This document shows positions 1 through 11,209 of a stretch of 64,000 nt of DNA, piece after piece (position 1 is the stretch's first letter; each line of letters starts with the position of its first letter). The notes under the pieces are model-generated. The model searched no databases. It was not told where the DNA came from and was given only the letters and a program-made list of their open reading frames with translations. This DNA is from Acetobacteraceae bacterium (GTDB taxonomy: Bacteria > Pseudomonadota > Alphaproteobacteria > Acetobacterales > Acetobacteraceae): assembly GCA_040399685.1 (NCBI GenBank), contig JBBART010000012.1, positions 52,673-116,672 of the forward strand, written 5' to 3'. Position numbers and translations under genes: made by a program.

Positions 1-765
1 AACCAGTCCGCCGTGCACGCCCATGTGCGTCTCGGCTGGATCTTCACCTGCGTGGCCCGCATGGGCTGGCTGAACCGCATGACCCAGTTCAAGGACAAGG
101 CCGGCAAGGACAAGGAGAACGTCTCCACCGGCCTGTTCACCTACCCGAACCTGATGGCGGCCGACATCCTCGCCTATCACGCCACCCGCGTGCCGGTGGG
201 CGAAGACCAGAAGCAGCACATCGAACTCGCCAACGACATCGCCGAGAAGTTCAATCACGACTACGGCGCCGATTTCTTCCCACGTATCGAACCCATGATC
301 ATGGGTCCCGCCGCCCGCGTCATGAGCCTGCGCGACGGCGCGAAGAAAATGAGCAAGTCGGACGCGTCAGATCAAAGCCGCATCAACCTCACCGATGATG
401 CCGAGACGATCGCCCTCAAGATCAAACGCGCCAAAACCGATCCGGAGCCTTTGCCCAGCGAGACCGAAGGCCTGGAACAGCGCCCCGAAGCCCGTAATCT
501 GGTCGGCATCTACGCCGCCCTCACCGACACCGACCACGCCAGCGTTCTGCGCCTGTTCGGCGGCCAGGGCTTTGGCAATTTCAAATCCAACCTCGCCGAC
601 CTGGTGGTGGAAAAGCTCGCCCCCATCGCCGCCGAAACCCGCCGGCTTCTGGCCGACCCGGCCCATGTGGACGCCATCCTGAAGAACGGCGCCCAACGCG
701 CCGCCGCCATCGCCAACCCGATTGTGGACGAAGCCGAACGGCTGGTGGGCTTCCTGAAGGTCTGA
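1..765 (+). CDS. trpS: tryptophan--tRNA ligase, C-terminal part (5' end lies outside the window)
   Basis: The frame is open from nt 1. It shows class I aaRS signatures [10 protein letters not shown] and KMSKSD, with a TrpRS-like C-terminus. Confidence 0.9.
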   Translation, partial: NQSAVHAHVRLGWIFTCVARMGWLNRMTQFKDKAGKDKENVSTGLFTYPNLMAADILAYHATRVPVGEDQKQHIELANDIAEKFNHDYGADFFPRIEPMIMGPAARVMSLRDGAKKMSKSDASDQSRINLTDDAETIALKIKRAKTDPEPLPSETEGLEQRPEARNLVGIYAALTDTDHASVLRLFGGQGFGNFKSNLADLVVEKLAPIAAETRRLLADPAHVDAILKNGAQRAAAIANPIVDEAERLVGFLKV

Positions 766-829
766 AGCTGAACTGCAAAACGAAACAGCCGAGGCCGATG
801 GCCATCGGCACTGACAGAGGATCTCCGGA

Positions 830-2680
830 ATGCCCGTCTACCGCTCGCGCACAACAACCCACGGCCGCAATATGGCGGGCGCCCGAGGCCTCTGGCGTGC
901 CACCGGCATGACCGATGCCGATTTCGGCAAGCCGATTATCGCCATCGCCAACTCTTTTACCCAGTTCGTGCCCGGGCATGTCCACCTGCAGGATCTTGGG
1001 CAGATGGTCGCCCGCGAGATCGAGGCGGCTGGCGGCGTTGCGAAGGAATTCAACACCATCGCCGTGGATGACGGCATCGCCATGGGCCATGGCGGCATGC
1101 TCTACAGCCTGCCGTCGCGCGAACTGATCGCCGACAGCGTTGAATACATGGTCAATGCGCACTGCGCCGATGCGCTGGTCTGCATTTCCAACTGCGACAA
1201 GATCACCCCCGGCATGCTGATGGCCGCATTGCGGCTCAACATCCCGGTCGTGTTCGTCTCTGGCGGACCGATGGAGGCCGGCAAGGTTGTGCATCGTGGC
1301 CAGAAGCGCACGGTGGATCTGGTCGATGCCATGGTGGCCGCGGCCGACAGCAGCCTCACCGATGAAGAGGTGAAGGTCATCGAGCGTTCCGCCTGCCCCA
1401 CCTGCGGCTCCTGCTCCGGCATGTTCACCGCCAACTCGATGAACTGCCTGAACGAGGCCCTTGGGCTGGCCCTGCCCGGCAACGGCACGGTGGTTGCGAC
1501 CCATTCCGACCGTCGTGGCCTGTTCCTCGAAGCCGGGCGCGTGATTGTCGATCTCGCCAAGCGGTACTACGAGCAGGATGACGCCACGGCGCTGCCTCGC
1601 AACATCGCCACCTTCGAAGCGTTCGAGAACGCGATGACGCTGGATATCGCCATGGGCGGTTCCACCAACACGGTGCTGCATCTGCTCGCCGCAGCCCATG
1701 AGGGCGGCATCGACTTCACGATGGCCGATATCGACCGGCTGTCGCGGCGCGCGCCGGTGCTGTGCAAGGTGTCCCCCGCCGTGGCCAATGTGCATGTCGA
1801 GGACGTGCACCGTGCCGGCGGCATCATGGCCATCCTGGGCGAACTCGACCGCGCCGGGCTGATCCACACGAACGTGCCGACGGTGCACACCGCCAGCCTC
1901 GGCGAGGCGCTTGATCGTTGGGACGTGCAGCGCACCACCAACAAGACCGTGCACGACTTCTTCAGCGCAGCCCCCGGCGGCGTGCCGACCACGCAAGCCT
2001 TCAGCCAGTCGGAACGCTGGGAAGACCTGGATCTCGACCGTGAGAAGGGCGTTGTCCGCAACCTCGACCATGCATTCTCTCTCGATGGCGGCCTCGCGGT
2101 GCTCTACGGCAACCTCGCGGAAGACGGTTGTATCGTGAAGACGGCCGGCGTGGATGCCAGCATTCTGGCCTTCACCGGCCCGGCACGCATCTTCGAAAGC
2201 CAGGACGCGGCGGTTGAGGGTATCCTGGGTGGCCGTGTTGCGTCCGGCGACGTTGTGCTGATCCGCTACGAAGGCCCCAAGGGCGGGCCGGGGATGCAGG
2301 AGATGCTCTACCCCACCAGCTATCTGAAATCGAAGGGGCTGGGCAAGGCATGCGCCCTGGTCACCGACGGCCGGTTCTCCGGCGGATCGTCGGGCCTTTC
2401 GATCGGGCATGTCTCGCCCGAGGCGGCTGAGGGCGGGCTGATCGGACTGGTGGAGGACGGCGATCACATCGAGATCGACATCCCGAACCGCTCCATTCGT
2501 CTGGCGGTTGCCGATGACATCCTGGCCGAGCGTCGCGCCGCAATGGAGCTGCGCGGCCCGCTGGCGTGGCAGCCGGTGAACCGTGAGCGTTATGTGTCCA
2601 CGGCGTTGCGCGCCTATGCAGCACTGACCACCAGTGCGGCTCGTGGCGCGGTGCGCGATCTGGACCAGCGCCGGCGGTAG
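830..2680 (+). CDS. ilvD: dihydroxy-acid dehydratase
   Basis: 616 aa. It has the canonical IlvD N-terminus [27 protein letters not shown] and the [11 protein letters not shown] and SGGPMEAG motifs. Confidence 0.95.
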   Translation: MPVYRSRTTTHGRNMAGARGLWRATGMTDADFGKPIIAIANSFTQFVPGHVHLQDLGQMVAREIEAAGGVAKEFNTIAVDDGIAMGHGGMLYSLPSRELIADSVEYMVNAHCADALVCISNCDKITPGMLMAALRLNIPVVFVSGGPMEAGKVVHRGQKRTVDLVDAMVAAADSSLTDEEVKVIERSACPTCGSCSGMFTANSMNCLNEALGLALPGNGTVVATHSDRRGLFLEAGRVIVDLAKRYYEQDDATALPRNIATFEAFENAMTLDIAMGGSTNTVLHLLAAAHEGGIDFTMADIDRLSRRAPVLCKVSPAVANVHVEDVHRAGGIMAILGELDRAGLIHTNVPTVHTASLGEALDRWDVQRTTNKTVHDFFSAAPGGVPTTQAFSQSERWEDLDLDREKGVVRNLDHAFSLDGGLAVLYGNLAEDGCIVKTAGVDASILAFTGPARIFESQDAAVEGILGGRVASGDVVLIRYEGPKGGPGMQEMLYPTSYLKSKGLGKACALVTDGRFSGGSSGLSIGHVSPEAAEGGLIGLVEDGDHIEIDIPNRSIRLAVADDILAERRAAMELRGPLAWQPVNRERYVSTALRAYAALTTSAARGAVRDLDQRRR

Positions 2681-2707
2681 TAGAGCCTGTCGTTATTGCA
2701 GGAAAAT

Positions 2708-2828
2708 CTTCTTTTTCTGGAGAAAAAGAAGCAAAAAGACTTTCATTCATTTCGATGTATGGCGCGGCATCTGCCGCGCCATACATCTGAATTCATGAAG
2801 TTTTTTGGTTCTTTTTTCAAAAAAGAAC
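2708..2828. repeat. three-hairpin palindromic intergenic element, copy 1 (likely bidirectional terminator module)
   Basis: Three hairpins: cttctttttc-tgga-gaaaaagaag, then caaaaag..GC-rich long stem..ttttttg, then gttctttttt-c-aaaaaagaac. It lies between the ilvD stop (2680) and the kup stop (2856). Related copies are at 13281-13402 and 21192-21313. Confidence 0.8.
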
Positions 2829-2855
2829 GTCTTCGCCTGCCTTACATATCTTCCC

Positions 2856-4820
2856 TCAGATCGCCACCCGCACCCCAAGTTCCACCACCCGGTCGCTGGG
2901 AATTCTGAAGAATTCCGTGGCCGGCGTGGCGTTGCGGGCCAGCACCAGAAACAGCCACATGCGCCAGATCGGCATTCTCGGCGCCATCGCCGCCACCAGG
3001 GTCTCGCGGCCCAGGAAGTAGCTGGCCTGCATCGGCTCGATCGCCACGCCCTGTTCGCGGATCAGCGCGATATCGCGGGGCAGGTTGGGGCTTTCCATAT
3101 AGCCGTAGCGCAGCATCACGCGGTGGATGCCGGGCGCCAGTTCCGTGACCACGGCGCGTTCGTCGACGCCGATTTCGGGCAGGTCGAGGTTATTTACCGT
3201 CACGAACAGCACTTTCTCATGCAGCACCTTGTTGTGCTTGAGGTTGTGCAGCAGGGCTGCCGGCACGTAGTCCGGGTTGCCGGTCATGAAAATGGCCATG
3301 CCCGGCACGCGGACGGTGCGGGAATGCGGCAGGCGGGCGAGGAAGCTGGCCAACGGAAGACTGTCGTGCTTCCAGCGTTCCAGCAGCAGGTCCCGTCCGC
3401 GTTTCCAGCTTGTCATCAGCGCCAGCATGCCCGCGCCGAGCACCAGCGGCACCCATCCGCCCTCGGGGATCTTCAGCGCGTTGGCGGCGAAGAACACCGC
3501 ATCGATGATGAAGAACGAGCCGAACACCAGCACGGCGCGGGTGCGGGACCAGTGGAACTGGCGGCGGAACACCACCATGGCCAGCACGCAGGTGCACAGG
3601 AACGTGGCCGTCACGGCGATGCCATAGGCCGAGGCCAGCGAGTCAGATGTGCGGAACGCGAACACCAGCAGCAGCACGCCCAGCAGCAATGCTGTGTTCA
3701 CCTGCGGCACATAGATCTGGCCTTCCTCGGTGGCGCTGGTGTGATTGACGCTCATGCGCGGCAGGAAGCCGAGTTGCATGCACTGCCGCGTGACGGAATA
3801 TGCGCCGGAGATCAGCGCCTGGCTGGCGATGACGGTGGCCATGGTGGCCAGGATCACCAGCGGTATCAGCGCCCAACTTGGCGCCATCAGATAGAACGGG
3901 TTGGAGGCGGCGGCCGGCTCGGCCAGAACCAGCGCGCCCTGACCGAAATAATTCAGCACCAGGCAGGGCAGCACGAAGAACAGCCACGCCAGACGGATGG
4001 AGCGTGCGCCGAAGTGGCCCATGTCGGCATAAAGCGCCTCGGCCCCGGTCACGGCCAGCACCACGGACCCAAGGGTCACGAACGCCAGCCAGCCATGGCG
4101 CACGCAGAGAGAGATGCCGTAGGTGGGCGACAACGCGGCCAGCACCTGTGGGTGCTGCACGATCTGCGCGATGCCCATCAGGGCGATGATGAGGAACCAC
4201 AGCGTCATCACCGGCCCAAAGATGCGGCCCATGCTGCCGGTGCCGCGCGATTGCACGGCGAACAAGCAGATAATGACGATGACGGCGATGGGCAGCACCA
4301 CGTCCTGCAATTGCGGCGCGGCGATCTCCAGCCCCTCCACCGCCGACAGCACGGAGATGGCCGGTGTGATCACGCCGTCGCCAAAGAACAGGCAGGCGCC
4401 GGCCACGCCCACCAGCGCCACGGCGGCGCGCGCGCGCTTGCCGGTGCAACTGCGCTGGGCGAGCACCATCAGCGCCAGGATGCCACCCTCGCCGCGGTTG
4501 TCGGCGTGCATCACCAGCATCACGTATTTCACGGTGACGACCAGGATCAACGCCCAGAAAATCAGTGACAAGATGCCAAGCACGTCATTCTGGACGATGT
4601 GGTCGTGGCCGAAATGTTCCAGGCTGGCCTTGAACGCATAAAGCGGGCTGGTGCCGATATCGCCATACACCACCCCCAGCACCCCCAGCAGCGCGCCCGC
4701 GCTGACGGTCTGGGCGTGGGCTGGCGCGCCATGCGGGGCCGGACCTTGCGGCGGCACGCTGGTGGGACTGGTCTCAACGTCTGGGCTATTCGCTGATGTG
4801 CTCATTGGGTCCCCGCTCAT
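2856..4820 (-). CDS. kup: KUP/HAK/KT family potassium transporter
   Basis: 654 aa polytopic protein. The N-terminal motif [15 protein letters not shown] is typical of Kup. Confidence 0.93.
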   Translation of the reverse strand: MSGDPMSTSANSPDVETSPTSVPPQGPAPHGAPAHAQTVSAGALLGVLGVVYGDIGTSPLYAFKASLEHFGHDHIVQNDVLGILSLIFWALILVVTVKYVMLVMHADNRGEGGILALMVLAQRSCTGKRARAAVALVGVAGACLFFGDGVITPAISVLSAVEGLEIAAPQLQDVVLPIAVIVIICLFAVQSRGTGSMGRIFGPVMTLWFLIIALMGIAQIVQHPQVLAALSPTYGISLCVRHGWLAFVTLGSVVLAVTGAEALYADMGHFGARSIRLAWLFFVLPCLVLNYFGQGALVLAEPAAASNPFYLMAPSWALIPLVILATMATVIASQALISGAYSVTRQCMQLGFLPRMSVNHTSATEEGQIYVPQVNTALLLGVLLLVFAFRTSDSLASAYGIAVTATFLCTCVLAMVVFRRQFHWSRTRAVLVFGSFFIIDAVFFAANALKIPEGGWVPLVLGAGMLALMTSWKRGRDLLLERWKHDSLPLASFLARLPHSRTVRVPGMAIFMTGNPDYVPAALLHNLKHNKVLHEKVLFVTVNNLDLPEIGVDERAVVTELAPGIHRVMLRYGYMESPNLPRDIALIREQGVAIEPMQASYFLGRETLVAAMAPRMPIWRMWLFLVLARNATPATEFFRIPSDRVVELGVRVAI

Positions 4821-4862
4821 CGGCAGAAGCCGCCAATACGCCGGGGCTTCCGGCGGCGCAAC

Positions 4863-5531
4863 CTAGGCGCGGCTTCCGAAGATGGCCGAGCCGACGCGGA
4901 CATGCGTGGCGCCGTGCGCAATCGCGGTTTCGAAATCGCCGGACATGCCCATCGACACAACGCCAAGGCCGTGCCGGGCGGCGCAGGCGGCCAGCCAATC
5001 GAAATGGACGGCGGGGTCCTGATCGGCGGGGGGAATGCACATCACGCCGGTGAGGGACGCGCCGAAGCGGGCCTGGCAGGCCTCAATGAAATGGTCGGCC
5101 TCGGCGGTGGGAATGCCGGATTTCTGCGGCTCGTCGCCAACATTGATCTGCACCAACAGGTCCGGCCTGCGCCCTTCCTGCTCGATCGCGGTGGCGATGG
5201 CGTCTGCCAGCCTGGGGCGGTCGAGGGTTTCAATCACGTCCGCCACCCGCACGGCGTCGCGCGCCTTGTTGGTCTGCAGGCCGCCGATGATGTGCAGGCG
5301 CAGCTGCGGCCATGTTTCGCGCAGGGTCGGAAACTTCATGGCCGCCTCCTGCACGCGGTTCTCGCCGAAGTGAAGCTGGCCGGTGCGCAGCGCCTCCTCG
5401 GCGGCGGCGATGGGGTGCATCTTGGACACCGCGACCAGCGTGACGCTGTCGGCGGCGCGGCCACAGCCCGCTGCGGCTGCGGCGATGCGGGCATGAATGG
5501 AGGCGAGGTTCTGGGTGATGAGAGAGGGCAT
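4863..5531 (-). CDS. yggS: YggS family pyridoxal-phosphate-binding protein
   Basis: Motifs VTLVAVSKMHP, FGENRVQE and HIIGGLQTNK. Start set at the internal MPSLITQNL; the ORF extends to 5669, but that extension is not YggS-like. Confidence 0.85.
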   Translation of the reverse strand: MPSLITQNLASIHARIAAAAAGCGRAADSVTLVAVSKMHPIAAAEEALRTGQLHFGENRVQEAAMKFPTLRETWPQLRLHIIGGLQTNKARDAVRVADVIETLDRPRLADAIATAIEQEGRRPDLLVQINVGDEPQKSGIPTAEADHFIEACQARFGASLTGVMCIPPADQDPAVHFDWLAACAARHGLGVVSMGMSGDFETAIAHGATHVRVGSAIFGSRA

Positions 5532-5831
5532 CCGCGCAGGCTTGTCGCTCCTGCCGCTCCCGGTCAAGCCGCTTGTCACGCAATAAGAGCGCAGGGCGTT
5601 GTTGCGAATGCGCCACAGTGTTTCGTAAATGCCATGCAACACGTGTTCATCGGATTGCGGGAAGGCCATGTGCGGTTCAATACTCTGTCCAGGTCTGGCT
5701 GCTCCCGCCTATCATGGTGTTGTTCCGGTTGTTCCCCCCGATGGTTTTCGGGGCAGGTCAGCGGGATACCTGGGAAACGGGGCGGGGCTTGGTAATCCGC
5801 TGGAGCGTTCCAGCGACTTGAGGAGATTATA

Positions 5832-7145
5832 ATGCGTAAGATCATGCTGGCCGCTACGGCCCTCGCTGGCTTCTCGGCCCTGGCCATGAGCGCCCAGGCT
5901 GCTGAGCCCGTCCTGACCACCGACTCGTTCAACAAGGGCCTGTCCACGGGCGCCGAGCTTGCTCCTGGCACCTACACCGTGCGCCTGCGCATGCTGTTGA
6001 CCTCCGAGCTGAGCTACGGCACGGACAGCCTGAGCAAGACCACAACCGCCAAGAACAGCGGCGTTCTGCTCGGCACCTATGCCCGTATCTACCCGAAGTT
6101 TGACGCGGTTGCCGCGAACGGCCTCGAATACGGTGCGACCGTCGAAGTTCGTCAGAACAGCGGCAACAACAGCACGACCGGCAACACCTTGTTCTTCCGT
6201 CGCTACAACGGCTATGTCGGCACCCCGACGCTTGGTCGCGTGTTCTTCGGCCCTGAGAACAACGCGCTGGCACGTCTCGCCGCCGGCACGACCATGGAAG
6301 ACTATGACGCCAACGGCGGCTTCAACGGCGACGTTCCGACCTCGAACAACGCCGGCGCTGCTCTGAACTTCATGTCGATGCGCGGTGGGACCTTCTACAC
6401 CACCAACAAGATCGTCTACATCTCGCCTGCTTTCGCTGGTTTCAGCGTCGGCGCGTCGTGGGAGCCAAGCCAGTCGACGGGTGACCTGCAGGCCGCGAAC
6501 ACCTTCGCAGGAACCAACGCTACCGGTTCGCAGACCTCTTCGTTCGCTGGTGGCGCCATCCTGCGTCGCAACACCTTCGACGTTGCTGCTCAGTACAAGG
6601 GCTCGTTCGGCCCCGTCGCCGTCACCTCGTTCGTCGGTTACCTGACCTCGGGTCACGTCAACGACAGCACCGCAACCGCAGCCACCCGCCAGTTCAAGAA
6701 CCTCAGCGTCATCGCTGCTGGTGCTCGTCTGACCTACGGCCCGGCCGCTATCGGCGGCACGTTCAACACGGGTGACATCGATGCCAACGGCGGCGGCTCG
6801 CTGATCCGTCAGGGCAACCGCAAGGCGTTCAACGCCATCGCGGGCGCTCAGTACACGATCGGCCCGGTCATCATGGGCGTGCAGTACATCAACAACGACT
6901 CGGCCGGCAACTTCAACGCGAACTTCCTGCGCAGCAACCTGCACGAAGTCGGCGTCTCGGTTGGCGGCGCCTACGACTACGCTCCGGGCGCTACCCTGTT
7001 CCTCTCGACGCTGTATGGCACGCGTCACCAGGGCGGCTGGGACTTCGGCACGGTCGCCGCTTCGACCGGCACCGGCATCAACTCGAAGGTCCGCAACTCG
7101 ACGCAGGCTCGCGCGATCCAGATCGGCAACACCTTTAAGTGGTAA
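5832..7145 (+). CDS. outer-membrane porin
   Basis: Sec signal MRKIMLAATALAGFSALAMSAQA. Gly/Asn/Thr/Tyr-rich beta-strand composition with a C-terminal aromatic end, NTFKW. A strong terminator follows. Confidence 0.75.
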   Translation: MRKIMLAATALAGFSALAMSAQAAEPVLTTDSFNKGLSTGAELAPGTYTVRLRMLLTSELSYGTDSLSKTTTAKNSGVLLGTYARIYPKFDAVAANGLEYGATVEVRQNSGNNSTTGNTLFFRRYNGYVGTPTLGRVFFGPENNALARLAAGTTMEDYDANGGFNGDVPTSNNAGAALNFMSMRGGTFYTTNKIVYISPAFAGFSVGASWEPSQSTGDLQAANTFAGTNATGSQTSSFAGGAILRRNTFDVAAQYKGSFGPVAVTSFVGYLTSGHVNDSTATAATRQFKNLSVIAAGARLTYGPAAIGGTFNTGDIDANGGGSLIRQGNRKAFNAIAGAQYTIGPVIMGVQYINNDSAGNFNANFLRSNLHEVGVSVGGAYDYAPGATLFLSTLYGTRHQGGWDFGTVAASTGTGINSKVRNSTQARAIQIGNTFKW

Positions 7146-7180
7146 GCTGCTAACTGGCTCGATTGAGTTGACTTGACGGC

Positions 7181-7214
7181 AAAAGGGCGGGGTTTTCCCC
7201 GCCCTTTTGTTTTG
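7181..7214 (+). terminator. rho-independent terminator of the porin gene
   Basis: aaaagggcgggg-tttt-ccccgccctttt followed by gttttg. Confidence 0.75.
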
Positions 7215-7315
7215 TCCGCTCCCCCGGATTGGGGAGCCGGCCCGACAAGGATCTTGGCGGCCCGCCCAGATTGGGCTACGACCGCCGCTTCCGGCATTCT
7301 GCCAGCCTCGACCTG

Positions 7316-7864
7316 ATGAACGGATTTCCCATGCGTTTCCGCCCTGGCGTGTTGACCTACCTCTGCGCCGCTTTGCTGGTTTTGGCTGGCTGTAGCAACG
7401 CGGTGCGCGTCAGCAACGATGACGATTACGCCACCGGCCGCATCACGAGCCAGCCGCGCGGGTCGATCTCCGGCAATGACAGCAGCATTCTTTTCTCGAA
7501 TTCAGACGGCAAAAAAGGCACCTCCGCCGATGCCGGCGCCGGCGCGCTGGGCGTGAACGCCTTTCTGTGGCGCGGTGCGCTGGACACGTTGTCGTTCATG
7601 CCGCTCTCCTCGGCCGACCCGTTCGGCGGCGTGATCATCACCGACTGGTATCAGCCCCCCTCTGGCAACGGCGAGCGCTTCAAGGCAACCGCCTATATTC
7701 TCGGCCGCCAGTTGCGCGCCGACGGCGTGAAGGTGGCCTTGTTCCGCCAGGTTCAGCAGGGCGGCCAATGGGTGGATGCCCCGGTGAGCAACGCCACCAC
7801 CAGCGACATTGAAAACAAGGTGCTGGGCCGCGCCCGCGAGTTGCGCGCCGGCAGCGGCGGCTGA
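7316..7864 (+). CDS. DUF3576-family lipoprotein
   Basis: Lipobox LVLAGCSN. The conserved block NAFLWRGALDTLSFMPLSSADPFGGVIITDWY is typical of DUF3576. The start could be 7316 or 7331. Confidence 0.75.
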   Translation: MNGFPMRFRPGVLTYLCAALLVLAGCSNAVRVSNDDDYATGRITSQPRGSISGNDSSILFSNSDGKKGTSADAGAGALGVNAFLWRGALDTLSFMPLSSADPFGGVIITDWYQPPSGNGERFKATAYILGRQLRADGVKVALFRQVQQGGQWVDAPVSNATTSDIENKVLGRARELRAGSGG

Positions 7865-7870
7865 TGCTGC

Positions 7871-7969
7871 GTCATTGCGAGCCGCCGCTTGGCGGCGCGG
7901 CAATCCAGAGCAACCCGACGGGTGTGGGTCGCTCTGGATTGCTTCGTCGCAAGCGCTCCTCGCAATGAC
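7871..7969. repeat. REP-like nested palindromic element
   Basis: Outer arms gtcattgcgag (7871-7881) and ctcgcaatgac (7959-7969). Inner arms gcaatccagagc (7900-7911) and gctctggattgc (7931-7942). Confidence 0.7.
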
Positions 7970-8047
7970 AGCTGTGCCCCGGTTGCCGTTTGGGGCGTTC
8001 TGACAGATACAAGGAGCCCAACTCCTTAAGCACTGTCCGAGCGCCCT

Positions 8048-10666
8048 ATGACCACCGAGATCATCACGCCTGTCCCCGATGCCCCCCGCTATGATTTCCG
8101 CGCCGCCGAGCCGCGTTGGCAGCAGGCGTGGGATCAGCAGGCGTGCTTTCGCGTGGAAGACGTGCCGACCGATGGCAAGCCGAAATACTACGTGCTGGAG
8201 ATGTTCCCGTATCCCAGCGGCAAGATCCACATGGGCCATGTGCGCAACTACACCCTGGGCGACGTGGTGGCCCGTTACAAACGGGCGCGCGGCTTTTCCG
8301 TCATGCACCCGATGGGCTGGGACGCGTTCGGCCTGCCCGCCGAGAACGCCGCCCGCGAGCGCGGCGTGCATCCGGCGAAATGGACCTGGGACAACATCGC
8401 GGCGATGCGCACCGAGTTGAAGCGCATGGGCCTGTCGATCGACTGGGCCCGCGAATTCGCCACCTGCGACCCAAGTTATTATGGCCACCAGCAGGCGCTG
8501 TTCCTGGACATGCTCAAGGCCGGCCTGGCCGAGCGTCGTGACGCCTTCGTGAACTGGGACCCGGTGGACAACACCGTGCTGGCCAACGAACAGGTGATCG
8601 ACGGCCGCGGCTGGCGGTCCGGCGCCCTGGTTGAAAAGAAGCGCCTGTCCACCTGGGTGCTGCGCATCACCGATGCCGCCCCCGATCTGCTGACGGCGCT
8701 GGACGATATGGAGCGTTGGCCCGAGCGCGTGCGCCTGATGCAGGCCAACTGGATCGGCCGCAGCGAAGGCGCCCGCGTGCGCTTCGACCTGGAAGACCCG
8801 CAAACCGAGATCGGCGCCATCGAGGTCTACACCACTCGGCCGGACACGATGTTCGGCATGTCCTTCCTCGCCATCGCCGCCGAACACCCGCTGGCCGCCC
8901 AGGTGGCGCGCACCAACCCGGACGCCGCCGCCTTCGTGGCCGAAGTGCAGAGCAAGGGCACCAGCGAAGCGGTTCTGGAAACGCTGGAGAAGAAGGGCTT
9001 CCCCACCGGCCTGTTCGTCATCAACCCGTTCACCGGCAACCGCCATCCGGTGTGGATCGCCAATTTCGTGCTGATGGAATACGGCACCGGCGCCGTGTTC
9101 GGCTGCCCGGCGCACGACCAGCGCGATTTGGATTTCGCCCGCAAATACGACCTGCAAGTTACCGCCGTGGTGCTGCCGCCCGCTGAGGACGCCGCCACCT
9201 TCGCCGTCGCCGACAAGGCGTATGACGGCACCGGCACCATGATCCATTCCGGCTTCATGGACGGCATGGCCCCCGAGGCCGCCAAAACCGCCGCCATCGC
9301 CGAGTTGGACCGCATGGGCCACGGCAAGGGCGTGGTGAACTGGCGCCTGCGTGACTGGGGCGTGTCCCGCCAGCGCTATTGGGGCTGCCCCATCCCGGTC
9401 ATCCATTGCGATGCCTGCGGCGTGGTGCCGGTGCCAAAGGCCGATCTGCCGCTGGTGCTGCCGACGGATGTGACGTTCGACCGCCCGGGCAATCCGCTGG
9501 ACCATCACCCCACCTGGAAGCACGTCGCCTGCCCGTCCTGCGGCGCGCCTGCCACACGTGAGACGGACACGTTCGACACCTTCGTCGACAGCTCTTGGTA
9601 TTTCGCCCGCTTCTGCTCACCGAACGCCGCCGAGCCGGTGCTGCGTGAGGCTGTGGATCACTGGCTGCCGGTGGACCAGTATATCGGCGGCATCGAGCAC
9701 GCGATCCTGCATCTGCTGTATTCGCGCTACTTCACCCGCGCCATGGGCATGACCGGCCATCTGTCGGCCAAGGAGCCGTTCGCCGGCCTGTTCACCCAGG
9801 GCATGGTGACGCATGAGAGCTACAAATCCGCCGACGGTGCTTGGCTCTACCCCGAGCAGGTGCGCCGCGCTGAGGACGGCACGATGGTGCAGAACGACAC
9901 CGGCGCGCCGGTTGTGGTCGGCCGCATCGAGGCGATGTCGAAATCCAAGCGCAACACCATCGACCCCGCCAACATCATCGCCCGCTACGGTGCGGACACG
10001 GCGCGTTGGTTCATCCTGTCCGACAACCCGCCGGAGCGGGATATCGAATGGACGGAATCCGGCGTTCTGGGCGCGTATCGCTTCACCCAGCGCCTGTTCC
10101 GCCTGGTGGAAAACGCCCAGTCGGCCACGCCCGGCCCGCTGCCCGCCGAATTCGGCCCCGCCGCCCGCACCCTGCGCCGCGTGACCCACCGCACGATCGC
10201 GGCGGTGACCGACGCCGTCGAGGCGCTGGCGTTCAACGTGGCCGTGGCGCGCATCTATGAGTTCGCCAACGGTTTCGCCGATGCCGAACGCGCCGCCGAC
10301 GAGCCCGGCCTGTCCTGGGCGCGGTTCGAGGCGCTGGACGCGTTGTCGGTGCTGATTGCACCCATGATGCCGCATCTCGCCGAGGAAATCGGCCTGCGCA
10401 TCCTGCCGGACCGTAGCGATCTGGTGGCCGACCGCACCTGGCCGGTGGCCGACCCGGCATTGACGGCGGCTGAATCCTTCACCGTCGCGGTGCAGGTGAT
10501 GGGCAAGCTGCGCGCCACGATCGACGTTGCGCCAGATGCCGCCGAGGCCGATGTTCTGGCCGCCGCCGCCGCCGAGCCGAATGTGGAGCGGGCGTTGGAA
10601 GGCAAGCGCATCGTCAAGCGCGTGTATGTTAAGAATCGCATCGTCAATTTCGTGGTCGCGGGGTAA
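8048..10666 (+). CDS. leuS: leucine--tRNA ligase
   Basis: 872 aa. HMGH motif ([15 protein letters not shown]) and KMSKS (AMSKSKRN). Confidence 0.97.
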   Translation: MTTEIITPVPDAPRYDFRAAEPRWQQAWDQQACFRVEDVPTDGKPKYYVLEMFPYPSGKIHMGHVRNYTLGDVVARYKRARGFSVMHPMGWDAFGLPAENAARERGVHPAKWTWDNIAAMRTELKRMGLSIDWAREFATCDPSYYGHQQALFLDMLKAGLAERRDAFVNWDPVDNTVLANEQVIDGRGWRSGALVEKKRLSTWVLRITDAAPDLLTALDDMERWPERVRLMQANWIGRSEGARVRFDLEDPQTEIGAIEVYTTRPDTMFGMSFLAIAAEHPLAAQVARTNPDAAAFVAEVQSKGTSEAVLETLEKKGFPTGLFVINPFTGNRHPVWIANFVLMEYGTGAVFGCPAHDQRDLDFARKYDLQVTAVVLPPAEDAATFAVADKAYDGTGTMIHSGFMDGMAPEAAKTAAIAELDRMGHGKGVVNWRLRDWGVSRQRYWGCPIPVIHCDACGVVPVPKADLPLVLPTDVTFDRPGNPLDHHPTWKHVACPSCGAPATRETDTFDTFVDSSWYFARFCSPNAAEPVLREAVDHWLPVDQYIGGIEHAILHLLYSRYFTRAMGMTGHLSAKEPFAGLFTQGMVTHESYKSADGAWLYPEQVRRAEDGTMVQNDTGAPVVVGRIEAMSKSKRNTIDPANIIARYGADTARWFILSDNPPERDIEWTESGVLGAYRFTQRLFRLVENAQSATPGPLPAEFGPAARTLRRVTHRTIAAVTDAVEALAFNVAVARIYEFANGFADAERAADEPGLSWARFEALDALSVLIAPMMPHLAEEIGLRILPDRSDLVADRTWPVADPALTAAESFTVAVQVMGKLRATIDVAPDAAEADVLAAAAAEPNVERALEGKRIVKRVYVKNRIVNFVVAG

Positions 10667-10670
10667 CGCA

Positions 10671-11204
10671 TTGGGTTCGCGCCGAAACATCTCTGGTCTT
10701 TCGCTGGTGGCCGCCTTGCTGCTGGGTGGCTGCGGTTTTCACCCCGTCTATGCGCCCGCTTCCGGCGGGGCACCTGGGGCGGCGTCTCAGGGCCTGTCGC
10801 AGGTCAGCGTGGCTTTGCTGGGCGAACGCTCCGGCCAGATGCTGCGCGATGCGCTGGAACGACGGATCGACGGCGTCGGTGGCAACGGCCCGAAGCTGTA
10901 TGAACTCGTCGTGTCCTACGGCGTGTCGCAAGAGGGCGTGGCCATCGATACAAATGATTCGATCGCCACCCGCACCCGCGCCACGGCCAACGCCACCTGG
11001 ACCCTGGTGTCCATGGATGCGGAGCGCCGCTCGATCACCGCCGGCCGGGCCCGTGTGTCGGACGGCTATAATCCGCTGAACAACCAGTTCTTCTATTCCG
11101 ACCTGCAAAACGAACAGTTGCAGCGCCGGGCTGCGGAGGCGACGGCCGAGCAGATCACCACCCAGTTGGCGGTCTATTTCCACACCCATCCGCCGGGCGC
11201 CTGA
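10671..11204 (+). CDS. lptE: LPS-assembly lipoprotein LptE
   Basis: Lipobox LLLGGCGF. It occupies the conserved position between leuS and holA. An in-frame TTG start is proposed at 10671; the upstream part of the ORF overlaps leuS. Confidence 0.7.
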   Translation: MGSRRNISGLSLVAALLLGGCGFHPVYAPASGGAPGAASQGLSQVSVALLGERSGQMLRDALERRIDGVGGNGPKLYELVVSYGVSQEGVAIDTNDSIATRTRATANATWTLVSMDAERRSITAGRARVSDGYNPLNNQFFYSDLQNEQLQRRAAEATAEQITTQLAVYFHTHPPGA

Positions 11205-11209
11205 CGCCG

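Noticed and set aside
794-809. Perfect 16-nt palindrome gccgatggccatcggc between trpS and ilvD
   Set aside because: It is short, has no T-run, and lies only ~20 nt before the ilvD start. It could be a weak terminator or operator, but nothing distinguishes it from chance in GC-rich DNA.
581-2467. 628-aa ORF on the minus strand
   Set aside because: It lies entirely antisense to ilvD, is Arg/Gly/Ala-rich and low-complexity, and shows no motifs. This is a typical high-GC shadow ORF.
2805-4568. 587-aa ORF on the plus strand beginning MVLFSKK
   Set aside because: It starts inside the palindromic repeat element and runs antisense through kup. Its composition (His/Arg/Gly/Gln runs) is not protein-like.
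7502-9523. 673-aa ORF on the minus strand
   Set aside because: It is antisense to leuS and crosses the REP-like element. It has no recognisable domains.
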